DNA of 64,000 bases from Dicyema japonicum (taxonomy: Eukaryota > Animalia > Dicyemida). The stretch covers positions 616,335 to 680,334 of the forward strand of contig RDEW01000005.1 of NCBI GenBank assembly GCA_011109175.1. The letters are read 5' to 3'. The notes below the pieces were generated by a model. It was not told where the DNA came from. It worked only from the letters and a program-made list of their open reading frames with translations, and made no database searches. Positions within the stretch are counted from its first letter, which is position 1. Each line of letters starts with the position of its first letter. Positions 11,501-23,622 of this stretch are shown in pieces. The position numbers and the translations under genes are program-made.

Positions 11501-14310
11501 AAGTTACCCTGAACCACCTGGACTTTATGTTAAAATGAAGCGTCTAAGAAGCGAGTTGTCTTGGCGTCCTTCTTCTAATAATTTCTTGTGATAAGAATCT
11601 GTCTTGGATCAACAACTCTAAGATAAGGGGAAACATGAGAGTCAGTTTATCGAAGATGATTTATTTTATTGCCCACTCATTATTGTCACTGAGGGTACCA
11701 CACTAAAGGTTTCGTAATGTCCTCTCTAAAAGATGTCTGTGATAATCTTTGTGTAAATATGAAGAGTACCACTGAATATCCTATTGAAGTGTACACCTAG
11801 TCTCAAAGTTATTCATAACCATCCTTTTACCACCACAATCCTGTCAGAGAAAGGATTGAGACACTGAGATATCAATAGGCAAAATTGGGAGTACCATTGA
11901 GATTATATATTCATTTTTAACATTTCCTAGTAGAAATCTTTTCTCACTCGGATATTTTAATAAACCTAGAAGTTCTGGTGGGAGATCTACCTCTACTTGG
12001 TTTTGGGGGAACGTAAAAAACCAATCTCATTACTTGCAGGTTAATTGACAAAACCGAATTGTATAATCTGCACTCCTGGCTGATCCTGGATGAGTTACTG
12101 TCACTTCAAGGTTGGATGGAGAGATCCCATCCACATAGGTGACCTCTCAGACGAGGTATCTAGTTTTCCACAACCTACTTGGTCGGAGAATTATTGTCGC
12201 CTTTTTGCTTTCGTTATATCCTAGAAAGTGTTATGTGATCCACCTGACTTGGGAGACTTCAGTGCATTTCTGACATCCAAAAAGGCTCTTATCTTCCCTA
12301 CTCAATTGGAGGGGTTCCCATATTGATAGTGATGAACACACATGATGCATTGAATGGATACGTTTCACTTCGACCATATGAACTGAATATATCTTAATTA
12401 GACATTAATTAACTTTTAACCTATTTCCGGTATATACGAGGTTGTTACATACATAATTTAATTCCACCATAAAGGAATTTGATGGGAAAATAAAGATCCT
12501 CTCACGACTAACAGTTAAGGTGGAGGACCAAAACCAGTTCTCGGTCTTCCTTCGATCTCCCAACCTGCCAAAAGTCGAAATTATAGCTATCCTCCCTCTA
12601 AATGACAATATCCTGACACACGTGGTCACACAAAATGGAGTTTACGACATCATTTCATTCATTTTCGACGAAGATTATCGTTTTTCTCGCTGAGGAAACA
12701 GGTTTTTGGGGATGTTTATTCCAGCTCAAACTGGCTGTACGTGGGGGTGTTTCCTTAGAGATTTTTTACTCTGAAGCGATTCGTGACTCTTCCATGCGAG
12801 TCCACGTGCTCGGTAGTGCCAGGTCCCTGGTTGAGGCCGTGAGAGGAAAGGGAATCGTGTTTGGTTCTGGGGTAAGACTGCATATGATATTCGGTCCCCG
12901 AGTGATGTGAAGAATCTTAGCCAACTGTTAGGGATGACGAAATCAGTGAAGACTCGTAAAATGGGAGAGGGAGTCCTGTGGAGTTCGTTCAGCAGAAAGA
13001 CTGTTTTGGGAGTGGCTGTAGCTGTGAAGGATGACGAGTTTGGGGTATGGAAGAAGACAAAGTCTTATAAATATATGTTCCTCCAAGATGAGGAGGTTCA
13101 GAGTGAATGTAAGCGGAGGAAATTGGAGTGACTTATATATTGTGGTTGTTTATAGGGAGTTTGGCTTAGTAAGGCTCAGTTGGTGATTCTTAATACGTAG
13201 GTTTGAGTATTGTAAAAGCGATGGTACTGGTTATTGCCGATATTGGAGATTGTTGAAATTAATTTTAGTGATCTGGGCACGTGGATTGTAGGGATGATCT
13301 CCACCTCTAAACACATACACTTTAACTGAATAAATGTAAAGGAAGTATATCGGAAAAGAATGACAAAGAAAAAAACTATTAAGTAATCTCAGTTTCTGAA
13401 ATCTTGACATCCAGAGTCTATGGTTTTCCCAAAATTAGATGTATAATTATTAAATTTTATAAATAATTGTTAATCCCCGAAATTCTGAAGTTCATATCTT
13501 CCCCTGAAAACGATTTACTCGAAAACGCTCACTTGATATTTCATATCGCCCACTTTGAGAAACTCTGATGTATAATTATACTTTATTTGATTCTATGATT
13601 GTTTTCAATATTAATATTTTTAATTGCCAACATTTCTATTGGCATTAATATTAATTTGTAAATTTACTGGACACAAACTTTCTAAAATCAGAGCTTCACA
13701 ATCTTAGCTTCCAAAGCTAAATTAGGTGTCGTAAACATATAACGTGAACATAGTCCGTCTCTAAGAATAATTATATTTGATATCTATGTCTGGAGTACCA
13801 GGACTCCTGCATGTTATTATAGCAGAGTTAAGTATTTAATTTAAAGTAGATAATTTGGATTATTAATTTTCCCTGCCAAAGAAAATTGCCTAAAGCAATA
13901 ATCACTAATAATATAAAACCATCGAATTTGATAAAATGTAATGCTACTTTTTATTTTGAATATAATTCTTTCCCTACAATGTACATAACAATATTAACTT
14001 TAGATGAACAAGAAGTCACTGTTAATGGTTCAAGAATTAAAGGAAAAATAAAGTACCCACAGCTGATTGTTTTTAAAACAAATTCTAAAACTAACAAATG
14101 CAGATAATTTGGAGGAAGTAGTTTTTTTAGCTTTGATAATCGTTAAACATTTGATGAAGTATTCTCATGCTTCTATCAAATTTTATGTAGTGTAATTGAA
14201 TATTAACTTTAAGAAAATATTCTGCATTCAATGACTTCCCCATTTATTTTATTAGAAGGCCTTTGCAGATGTTGAGCAACCACAGAGGCAGTGATAACCA
14301 CAGAGGCAGT

Positions 14311-14870
14311 TCTTAGATGATTCTTGTGAACCAATTCCTTTATTGAGGCGCCCCAGGTCCCAGAATTGTATAAGAGGATTGGTTCGATGAAGTTGTCGTA
14401 TAACATTATCCCTTGTTTTATGTTATTCCCTTTCCATTTTAACCATAGATTTTTCAGCCTGTGTAATGCCGCTTTTGCCATAGTTTTTCTCCGTATGATA
14501 TCTTCACTATCTTTTAATAGTGAGTCAAGTTTCTTTGTGTGTCTCCATTTCTCTTTGAGTGAGTTATTCATTCGTCTTATTACTGTCCGTTCTGTTTTTT
14601 CTTTGTTCACGGTGAGAAACCATTTCCCAAGTATATCTGGTGTTTTTTCTAGTGCATATTCCAGGAGTTCTTTGTCTTCAGAGATTAGGTCGACATCATC
14701 AGTATAAATCACTTCTTCTATTTTTCCTTGGTATAATGGTCTCAGTTCCCTCATAGCGGCCTCCAAGTATATTGTGAATAGTAGCGGAGAGGGAGTCTTC
14801 TTGAGAAGTGTCTGTGTTTGTTTCAAATTTTCTTGAGTAGGTTTTTCCAACTCTGTGTTAGACAGAAAGA
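14311..14870 (-). mobile_element. RTE-clade LINE, RT C-terminal fragment (duplicate of 25365-25920)
   Basis: SPLLFTIYLEAAMREL...YTDDVDL...KFLTVNKEKTE...IEPILLYNSGTWG. The same flank (14870-15290) follows at 25920-26310. Confidence 0.9.
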
Positions 14871-15334
14871 TTTGGATCATTCTTAAACTCGATTCGTCAA
14901 TAATCCGTCGCAGCACTGTCATCAATTTGTTCCTGTTAACCAAGTCAAAAAGTGGATATAAATCACAATATTAGCTAAAGTCCGGTAGATTTATACTTTA
15001 TTATATAGCAACTTGTATTGAAAATACACGAATACACTTTCTGATGTCATGTAATTTATGTTGTGTAGGGTTTTTATAAGCATTCCTTTAAAAGGTGTCG
15101 TGGAAAAATGGAATTGGGTAGAAATTTGTGGATTTGTGTATGTTTTTTCGAGAAGTATGTATGCTCTCTTATGCGTAGAATTTATGTGGAGATAACAAAT
15201 CAGATTTATGATCACGCATTCAGAGAGATCTTAGAAGCCATTGCTTTGTTCCACGAAACATCCATTATAATCGATTTTGAGTTATTTTAAGAAAATATTC
15301 ATTTAAAGTAATTTGACTGATTTATTATAAATAG

Positions 15335-17250
15335 GCGTTTCATTGGGACCATGTTGTTTGCATCTTTTCGTAGGTTTTCTAGATTATGTCTCTTTTCGAA
15401 CGTTTTGGGATCACGGAAATATTTAGTTATATGTTACTGTGGTCTTTGGAATTTTCATTCATTGTGTTACTAAAATAGTTTTTTTCTTTGATACACAATC
15501 TGGCATTAATGAGGCTAACATATGGTGGCCAAGTCTATAGCAATTAATTCATCCTCCGCTAAATTTTGAATAATTTAAAAGTGGATTCGGTCGTTACATC
15601 CGCTTCATAAAAATTCCGCAATTCATCGCGTTTGTTTTTCACTGAAATTTGAAACTGGTTAAAGGTTTCAAAAGCTAATTTTAATGATATTCATTGACCA
15701 AACTGAAAAAACCTTCTCCAGAGTAATCGAATTTGAGGAGCTGTACTCCCAATAAACAGAGTATATTGTAATCTTTAGTAAAAGTTTGTGATGAATCTAG
15801 TTTGATGAAAAAAAGTAAATAAATTGAAATTTTACTAACAGCAATTCGGCCTACATAATACTTTCGCCAAGATGTCCTTCGACTACAATGTGAAAGAAAC
15901 AGAATAAGAGACACTATAACTAAATGCAACAATTTTATATGTGATTAACATAACGACTGGAATTTGATGTTCTATAAAATTTAGTGAGAAAAGCAAAGTT
16001 ATTAGTTTTTCAAAAAATAAAGATGCTACAATAATGATCTCATTTTGATCTTAACCATTGATAGATGTAAATTGAAAGACCAAGATAGGGTGATTTAATC
16101 GTATATTGACTTTTTCGAAATTTCGAATAATTCCACCGATGATTGATGCTCTCTGAGACTATTAGCTTAGTTTGCCAATTTAACCTCATCTCAAATATCA
16201 TAAAATAAAATCCGACAAATATTAATATTTACTGTTTTCAAGGATCAGACCGTAAGGAAAAGCAATCGTCAGCCCGATTACACTCAGTGGACATCGCATT
16301 TAAAGAGACTTTCAATCCCCTGCATGTAGGTTAACCCAGGCTTAATTTCTGCAAACATTAACTAAAAGCATTATAGCTATTTCAACAGCCTGCCTGACTA
16401 ATTAACCACCAGTTTTAGCCATTTAATAACGAAGTTAAATTTAATTTTTTAATTTTTAATTAAAATTCAGTTAAATTATTATTTTTACTTATTATTTTAA
16501 CTTTGGAAAAATTAAAAACAAAATAAATTTTATATATTTTACATAATTGACAGTTTTCTGTGTCAGTGTTATGTTCCAAAAAATTTTCCTTTGTGACAAT
16601 TTCAAAGCAGAATAGCCATACGAATCAGTTCTTAGTTCCATAACTTCAAATATAACTGTCCATCGTTTGATGGGCTGATACTTAGTTCCTCAAACTAAAG
16701 GCGGAAATTGGACCAGTATTTATCCCTCAAAATTGTAAGTAGGACTTATTGAACAGGAATCAATTTGAGGATCGTTTTATCTGCCAAATCTTAAATCTAT
16801 AATTCCCGGATATTAATGAATGTGAGTTGTGCCAGAACTGAAGTGTGTCTATATTTTGGTTTTGTCGTAATCTGAATAAATCATAATTTACGAGTATTGT
16901 GGGAGTTACGAATATATTTCATTATTCATACAATGTTGGCGACTTGGAGATAAATCCATCTGATTTTTGTATTTCTCAGTAAATGTCCTAGGAACTTTCT
17001 GAAAATTTATATTATTTGTTCATCAAAGTAATTTCCATGCAAAATCCAACTTCGAAACGACGGTGACCCACAGTGTTCCCAAATCCGGTCCAAAGAGTTT
17101 TAAACTTATGCTCATTTTTTATTTTGTCATTGAAAAACTTGAGATGGAATTTTTGAATTTTCTTTAATAAAAGCAAATGATATATTTGAGTTGAGAAGAC
17201 TTTTTGTGAAATTTGTATATTCCATTCCTTCTCCAGCCCCAATTCTCCAG
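15335..17250. repeat. ~1.9-kb segmental duplication, paralogue 30255-32500, containing decayed unidentified gene remnants
   Basis: Collinear homology; the 30-32 kb copy additionally carries a tRNA-SINE at 31391-31713, with the empty site at ~16435. Confidence 0.9.
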
Positions 17251-17659
17251 TCCTTGTTTTTATTGGATAAGTATAAGCTACGTCAAATATATAGTCAATT
17301 CTACTCTTGATTTTTTGTTGGCTAATTTTAAATTATAGTTACTTTTAAATTGCGGATTGTAAAACTTGGCGAAATTGACAGTCAACATCCAGTCTTTATA
17401 GATCACCCATAATTTTAAAGACAGGCCATTTTGCTCCAAAGCGAGAGTGAGTTGATAATCGCTCTGAAATATTAAGGTTAATGAAGATTTGGTGAAGTTC
17501 ACGTGGCTTAGCAGTGATTACAGGAATCTTGTACTTTGCCGCCCTGCATATGGTGAATGCTATTATTCCACGTAATTGTAACAAGGATTGTTTGTTTTTT
17601 CTTATAAGCCAATTTGGACTCTTGCCAGTGATTATATTCATCGTTTCAATATCATCCAT

Positions 17660-17985
17660 TTATTTATTTATTAACCCCGGATACACCGAGAAAGAAGTTA
17701 AAGTAACCAACTAATTAAGTGCATCCAGTTTCCACTTCTACAGAAACAGAGTCCATCCGGAATCAGCATAAAGGGTAAGACGTCCATTACATGCAGTTGT
17801 GGAAACCCCTCCAGTGGAGTGGGGGAGAGCAAATGATCCTTTTTCATGCCGGCCTGGCACTGGGCGTCACCTAGACAGGTGGATCACATGACGCCACTCT
17901 ATTAGGAAGAGAGAGGAGGAACAGACAAGCAAGCAGAAAAATTAAACCAATTAACCACGCAGCACCACATGGCGCCACGCGGCAA
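17660..17985 (-). mobile_element. SINE-like family A, young copy with (TAAA)n tail and 6-bp TSD ATCCAT
   Basis: ATCCAT at 17654-17659 and 17986-17991. Empty paralogous sites at 5235-5240 and 10131-10136. The 3' end ctttctcggtgtatccggggttaataaataaat matches the LINE end at 23581-23620. Confidence 0.85.
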
Positions 17986-18075
17986 ATCCATAGTGGAGTT
18001 ATGCCACAATAATATGACTAAATATTATTTACTTTATTACTTATTATATTAATCATTAAAATATAAACTATATTT

Positions 18076-18235
18076 GTTTATTTATTTATTTAACACCCAA
18101 TACCACGGTAAAACCAAAACTAACTATTACGTGATCCCGATGCGCTCCGCCAAAATCCTCATTCTTTCCCGGTGCTCCTCCCTCGTACCCACACAAGCTC
18201 GTACTGAGCGGCTGACTGTATTTGCAGGGCCAACT
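18076..18235 (-). mobile_element. 3' end of an I/Ingi-like LINE with (TAAA)n tail
   Basis: Minus strand reads VSRSVRACVGTREEHRERMRILAERIGIT*, followed by taaataaataaa. Confidence 0.7.
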
Positions 18236-18249
18236 TCCCGTATGCTGAG

Positions 18250-18600
18250 TTATCCGCACCTCGGTGCTAGTCAAGCACAATAAACCGGACATTGTGGTAC
18301 ACGATAAGGAGTCTGGCCAAGTCTTTATCATAGAAGTTGGCATTACGGAAGGAATTGCAACAAAGTACCACAAGGGTTATCTGAAGCAGTTGGGGGTAGA
18401 TAGGAAGCTCCAGGCCTATCTACAGTCCATTATGTTAAAGCGGACCCTAGAGAGCCTGACACTGGAGTATAGGAGGCAGAGCCCTGAGATGCCATATGGG
18501 CAGAGGGTTCAATTGGACAAGGCGCTCTCGGAGTTGTTTCAGCAACCAGAATCGAACCTGCCTGAGGAGGCTGGCGAACAGGCAGGCGAGGAAGGTTGTT
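18250..18600 (+). mobile_element. R4/Dong-like RLE retrotransposon endonuclease fragment, an internally deleted relative of 56350-56750
   Basis: VKHNKPDIVVHDKESGQVFIIEVGIT. Nucleotide match to 56350-56750, lacking ~120 bp. Confidence 0.8.
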
Positions 18601-19580
18601 GATTAAATATATTAACTTTTTTTATTGTTTGTTAAATAAAGTGGGATTTTTTTATTTTATTTTTTTCCAGTTTAACAGTAGTCTTTGGATTTAATTTAAT
18701 TAATTTTTACAATTAACGTCGAGGGACTGTCCATATTTTTGGACAAAATATGAGGAAATGTAAAAGAGCTTACAGAGTGACAAGTGATGGAATTATGAAG
18801 AATCACAAACCGGACCTACGCCTCTGGAGGACCATATAAGACTAGACTTCAGATCACGGGAAGGTGGTCCAGAGAAAAATCAGGCAGTACGTTCATGCGC
18901 GGGCACGAAAGAAGAACACCGGGCAAAGATGAGGTCTCTGTTAGAATGCATCAGGATCATGTGATAATTAGATGGTTTTACCGAGGTCTTTGTATAAATA
19001 AATTAAAAAAATTAGCCCACGTGGTACTGTCACTCGCGTCGCAATTAGGTGTGTGAAAGCTTCCTTTCTTCTCTGTACCGGCTAAAATGGACTCCAATGA
19101 ACACCCCACGTGTTTTTATAACAAACCAACTACCAAAATTACACGTGTTAAGGTTAGTTAAAAAATAAGGTCACAGGCATTCCTTTGATAATGATTCCAA
19201 AGCAGACCGTGTACCTAATCAAATCCAGCACCAATGCCGCTGTGGGGAAGGTCCCTGTCGTCAGTTTGGAGAATAAAAGTCTTCCTTGATCACAACCTCA
19301 AATACCGTCACAGAAGACCTCAAATTTCTCCTTACACGACAAAGATCACTGAATCGATCGGCTGAAGATGAACAGAGTCACGGTAATGAAAACCTGAGTG
19401 ATTATCGACGATACCTTAAATTTGAGGGCGTACTCCCTGAATTGGGGGACCGATAGCCCAAAATAGAAAGAAAATATAAAACTGATTGAAGAGTATAATA
19501 GGAATTGTGAATTTGACTATTTGAGGATGAGCAGATTAGATTACTCAGGAATTTGGGTTTCGATATTTCTAGCCTTATTA

Positions 19581-20600
19581 TGTCACAGGCGCTACGCGTT
19601 ACCGAGCGCTACGCGTTACATAATGCTCAAATTTACAATTTCAATCATTTTTATTCAACTTTACACATGTTTTTCTCATTTATTATATTTAAATATCTTT
19701 TTTAAATTTTAACTCATTATTATTATAAGGAAAAGGAAAAAGAATAGTTAATTCAGCTGTTGGGAGATGCACAAGCTATTCTCACGGACAATATCTTTTT
19801 TTAAATCAATAACAATTTATTGAAGAATAAAACCTAATTAAATATTTATTGAATATATTTAAATTAAAAAAATTCTAATTTAAATATTTTTGGAAGGCGC
19901 AACAGTTTTTAAATTTTAAATAGCATAATACAGGCGTGTTTTATAAAGTTAAGCTGATCGTTAAACAACCCAGGAATAAATTGATATAATGGAAGAGAAG
20001 GGGATCGTCGATCTAATGACAAGACAAAAAATACCGATTAACTCAAAAGTCAAAGAATTTTTTATCTATCAATGGGAGGTGATACCTTAAAGACACAAAT
20101 GAAAACCACAAAATTGTCATCTTCTCTAATAATTAGTGGCCTCGCAAATTCATCAATTGACCATTGTGTACACAACACATTGGAACAATATTGCAATGAA
20201 AGATATTTTTTCATGAAAAGAGAAATTATTCGGAAAGTGGTGTCAGAATGTGATACTACATGTAAGAGCATTATGTGACTGCTTCAACGTCTAACAAATT
20301 CATAGTAGGCCTAACAATCCAATGAGTCAAGGGATTATCGAACCCTTCAATCAGACAATCACTATCTAAGATGATGTCCGAAGATAAGTGTTGGGCTAAA
20401 AACATAAAGGAAGCAGATGGAGTGAACATGGCGTTAATGGGGTAATTGATTCAATGCACGACAATAAAACGAGCGAAAATTCGACCAAATCGCACATATT
20501 GACAGGTTCTTCCGTTCGACATAGGAGCGTATCTCCAACTTCCGGCCTACTCACGAAGCAAGCCAAACTGGTAGTCAGACTCGGAAAGCTTGGAATCATT
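19581..20600 (+). mobile_element. Degraded DDE-integrase element (Ginger/GIN-like), starting TGT
   Basis: Zinc-finger remnant HCVHNTLEQYCNERYFFMKREIIRKVVSECDTTCK and integrase-core HSRPNNPMSQGIIEPFNQT (~20300-20360). The left end TGTCAC... interrupts the UBA-like gene copy. No right terminus found. Confidence 0.55.
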
Positions 20601-20994
20601 CTCTCACTGTATTTCTCTCGTCGCTAATGGCCTGCAACACCCTTGTTAATAAGATTCTACACTCCCTCCCTGAATTCTCTTCATACCAGGACGTCGTTGA
20701 TGATTATGAGGCCTGGAGCCGTACCTATTATTTTTCCAACCTTCCTTGATCATTACTAAAACACATATGAAACGCATCAAAAAGTAATTAAAGATGAATA
20801 ATTTTTACATGATCTTAATTTTAAAATAATAAATAAAACTTTTTTCCCATCTTTTTGAGAAGCTTTTGCAGCTCTGGAAATACCCAATAAACCTCATTCT
20901 AAAATCGACCAGACTATTCTTGTAGTTTTTCTAGTTGAGACTTAACGTTAAAACTCTGGCAGAAGCACTTAGAATTGTTTTTATATATAGTAAA

Positions 20995-21235
20995 AAAATA
21001 CTTATATTTAAAGCAAGTTCTTATCAATTATAATTTCGAGACAACTGGAGGAATAAGTGGAAAATCGCTTCGCTTCCTAAAGAAACTTGGACGCTTAGCT
21101 ACACTAAAAAGCCACGACGCACGTGAGACCCGGTGGCTACTCCAGTTGATCTCTGTTGCAATCGTGAGAGCAACGCAACGTCGATAATGTCGGCGGGGTC
21201 CACTTTGGATGGATGGCAGTTTTAAATATGCTTTA
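20995..21235 (+). mobile_element. CRE-clade retrotransposon 3' end (RLE C-terminus), same subfamily as 60830-61400
   Basis: FETTGGISGKSLRFLKKLGRLATLKSHDARETRWLLQLISVAIVR. Confidence 0.75.
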
Positions 21236-22226
21236 CTGGGATAAATTAACTGATTATATAAAAAATTGTAAGAAATTCTAAAATTTCATAAAAAATTCTT
21301 ACTATTAGCAATAGTTTGGTCGAATTATATATATTAATTTGATAAATTAAATCAAAAAATTTTTTTGATTTTTTTCAAAGTCCAGTGAAAAGTATAATAG
21401 GAATTGTGATTATGCTCATTTGGGGATTGAGCAGATTAGACTATTCAGGAATTTGGGTTTCGATATTTCTAGCCTTATTATAATGTTTTTTTGTTAACCA
21501 ACTGATTGGGGGTCAATTTACATTCATCCTGATTCCATTGAGTGGTTACAACTCATTTCGATTAGTCAACTTGTTGCGATGATCACCCCAAACTGGTTTT
21601 CGCTTCATCTGAATATATGTTAATATCTTTGAACGATTCTGTAAACAATCGAAGCTTGATTTGCCTAGCTCAGTGAGAGATTCACGATTTAATGTCCTCT
21701 CCCAAATTCGATGACGGTTAGGAGCTTCCAAATAAGTCATGATCAGTCTCTCTGAATAGTTGGTCATCTGTAAACTTAATAAACGTCCGTATGCCCTCAT
21801 CACAGAAAATAAGTTATCCAATACGTACACTGTACGTCGTAGGGCTTACGATAACATGATAATCTCCTAAATAGGTTGCGAGAAAGAAGTAGCTCTGTTC
21901 GGTACACTCGCTGTCAGCTAATCTCTGGTTTAGTCAATAAAATTAAAGGTCATTTTAACCACAAGATCGAAAGGTCTCTAATCGTTTTGATGACAAAATT
22001 TTATTTTTCATTTATTTTAGAATTTTGCTTACAGTGTAATATAATTCAGGGAACAAAATCCCTGAAAATAACTATTATGACGAATTTGAAAATTTATACG
22101 ATATTTGTTCAAAGTATTTAATTCTTGTTAGAATAAATTATTTAATTAAATTTTATTAATATTTAAAAATAAATAAATATTTAAAAAATAATAAAGTAAA
22201 TAAAATCGTTAAAATTGTCAATCAAA

Positions 22227-22566
22227 ATGTTATCTTTATGTTACTCGACAATAATCCTAATTTCCATAATAACCAACTCTCCAATAGAACAACCTCACAA
22301 TTCCACAAACAAGACAGAAGCCAACTATCTATATATAGAAGGTACGTCCCCTAAATATCGTAGACATGCCGCTGTATGACGAACATGGGAAGATGATCTA
22401 TACGGGGTACACGTACAGAGAGAACCCTAATATGCTACCCTTCTTAATCCTCGGACTGATTGTCGTGGTGGGTACCCTTGTTTATTTGGTTACTTCTACA
22501 TCCGTAATACTGTATGATTTTTGCTTACTTGTGTAGAAAACACAAGTAACTGAGATATACATGTAA
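22227..22566 (+). CDS. Small (~95 aa) putative single-pass membrane protein with one or two tiny introns
   Basis: MLSLCYSTIILISIITNSP... (signal-like), NST/NKT sequons, a 22-nt GT-AG intron at 22342-22363 needed to keep frame, TM segment MLPFLILGLIVVVGTLVYLV. The end is either read-through (stop ~22530) or via a 33-nt intron to KTQVTEIYM*. Preceded by an AT-rich promoter-like stretch. Confidence 0.6.
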
Positions 22567-22680
22567 ATTACACTTTCATTGATTGAATTAATTTAAATAT
22601 TTATTGATTATTAAATAAATTATAATAATAAATAAATAATTTATATTATAATTAAGGAAAATTTATGTTAGGGAGACTGT

Positions 22681-23622
22681 AAGTAGTCCTCCTCCGCGTC
22701 CCTGACGATCTTTACGGATCACCGTGTATCCAGGAAAAGAAAGGGTGTTGGTATGGAGGGAGATAGCTTGGACTCCTGTATTAAAGCGAGGTCAGCCTCA
22801 TTTTCGCGGAGGAGTGCCCGGATTTCAAAGATTTTCTTCCTGATCTCATTCGTATTCAGTTATATAATTGTAAAACCTCTCCATGGACCAGGATTGGTTT
22901 CGACGTCTCCACATAGAAAAATCAAAAGTCTGGACAAATAGGGACACCAGACAGGGTCGAAGAGACAGGAGATGAAAGGACCACCGGATGGTGGGAAGAA
23001 GCTGTTGGCTCTTTTCGTTTCTTTTTGGAATGGGTGAAACCATTTCTGGTGAACCACATGACACCACGCTAACAACATTACAACGTAGTCTACTCAATTT
23101 CAACTCCCACGCAAAAGATATGATTACCAGGGGCTTCCAGAAAAATTAACGTTTTACGCGCCCTTGTCTGGAGGACCCCGAGGAACATGGACTTTTCTGT
23201 TTCTACCAAGCCAGCCGTTGAGTATGCCTCCGTTGCATGGAGATTCGCGCTATCGGAGACTATGGTCCACAGAGTCAACTCAATTCACCAGAAAACAATC
23301 AGTATGCTTTGCCCACGTAATGGATCAACAGTCGACCCACTACTCATGGAAGCTATTTCTTCGCGTCTGTGAGGAAGATGGAAACCCGCTTCGCCTGATC
23401 CTTTCCATGGCAAGAGAAAATCCATTGGATAAGAAATTCCCCTCCCCGATCGGATTCCTCTGCAAGACCGAGAGAAGGCTCTTCCGGAAAGTAATGGGGA
23501 CAATGGAAGATCACAGACGTCGAATGGCACAATTGATTGCGAGGACTGGGATCACCTAACAGTTTGACTCTTTTGTCTTTCTTTCTCGGTGTTCCCGAGG
23601 TTATTAAAATAAATAAATAAAA
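22681..23622. mobile_element. 5'-inverted I/Ingi-like LINE insertion: 2A peptide plus APE N-terminus on the minus strand (22681-~23087), RT C-terminus plus (TAAA)n tail on the plus strand (~23088-23622), 11-bp TSD
   Basis: TSD AGGGAGACTGT at 22670-22680 and 23623-23633. Minus strand: LLIFLCGDVETNPGP, then LNTNEIRKKIFEIRALLRENEADLALIQESKL...GYTVIRKDRQGRGGGLL. Plus strand: LNFNSHAKDMITRASRKINVLRAL...KPAVEYASVAW...RRRMAQLIARTGIT*. Confidence 0.85.

Larger units (their letters stand above)
3326..13154. repeat. 4.9-kb head-to-tail tandem duplication (copy 1: 3326-8220; copy 2: 8225-13154)
   Basis: Collinear homology over the whole unit, starting at gattac-aagagaaggaatagaagt (3326 and 8225) and ending at gtggttgtttata (8220 and 13154). 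Roughly 90% identical by eye, with indels. Confidence 0.95.

Noticed and set aside
14366-14707. Plus-strand 113-aa ORF (and 25362-25709)
   Set aside because: Antisense shadows of RTE RT fragments.
17845-17860. HDV-like ribozyme (minus strand GGCCGGCATG equals the first 10 nt of the genomic HDV ribozyme)
   Set aside because: It is internal to the element and I could not build P1/P2/P3/P4 around it. The hairpin at 36150-36195 leaves too few nucleotides for P3/L3/P1.
21546-21830. 94-aa minus-strand ORF as a gene
   Set aside because: No motif or splice structure could be established.
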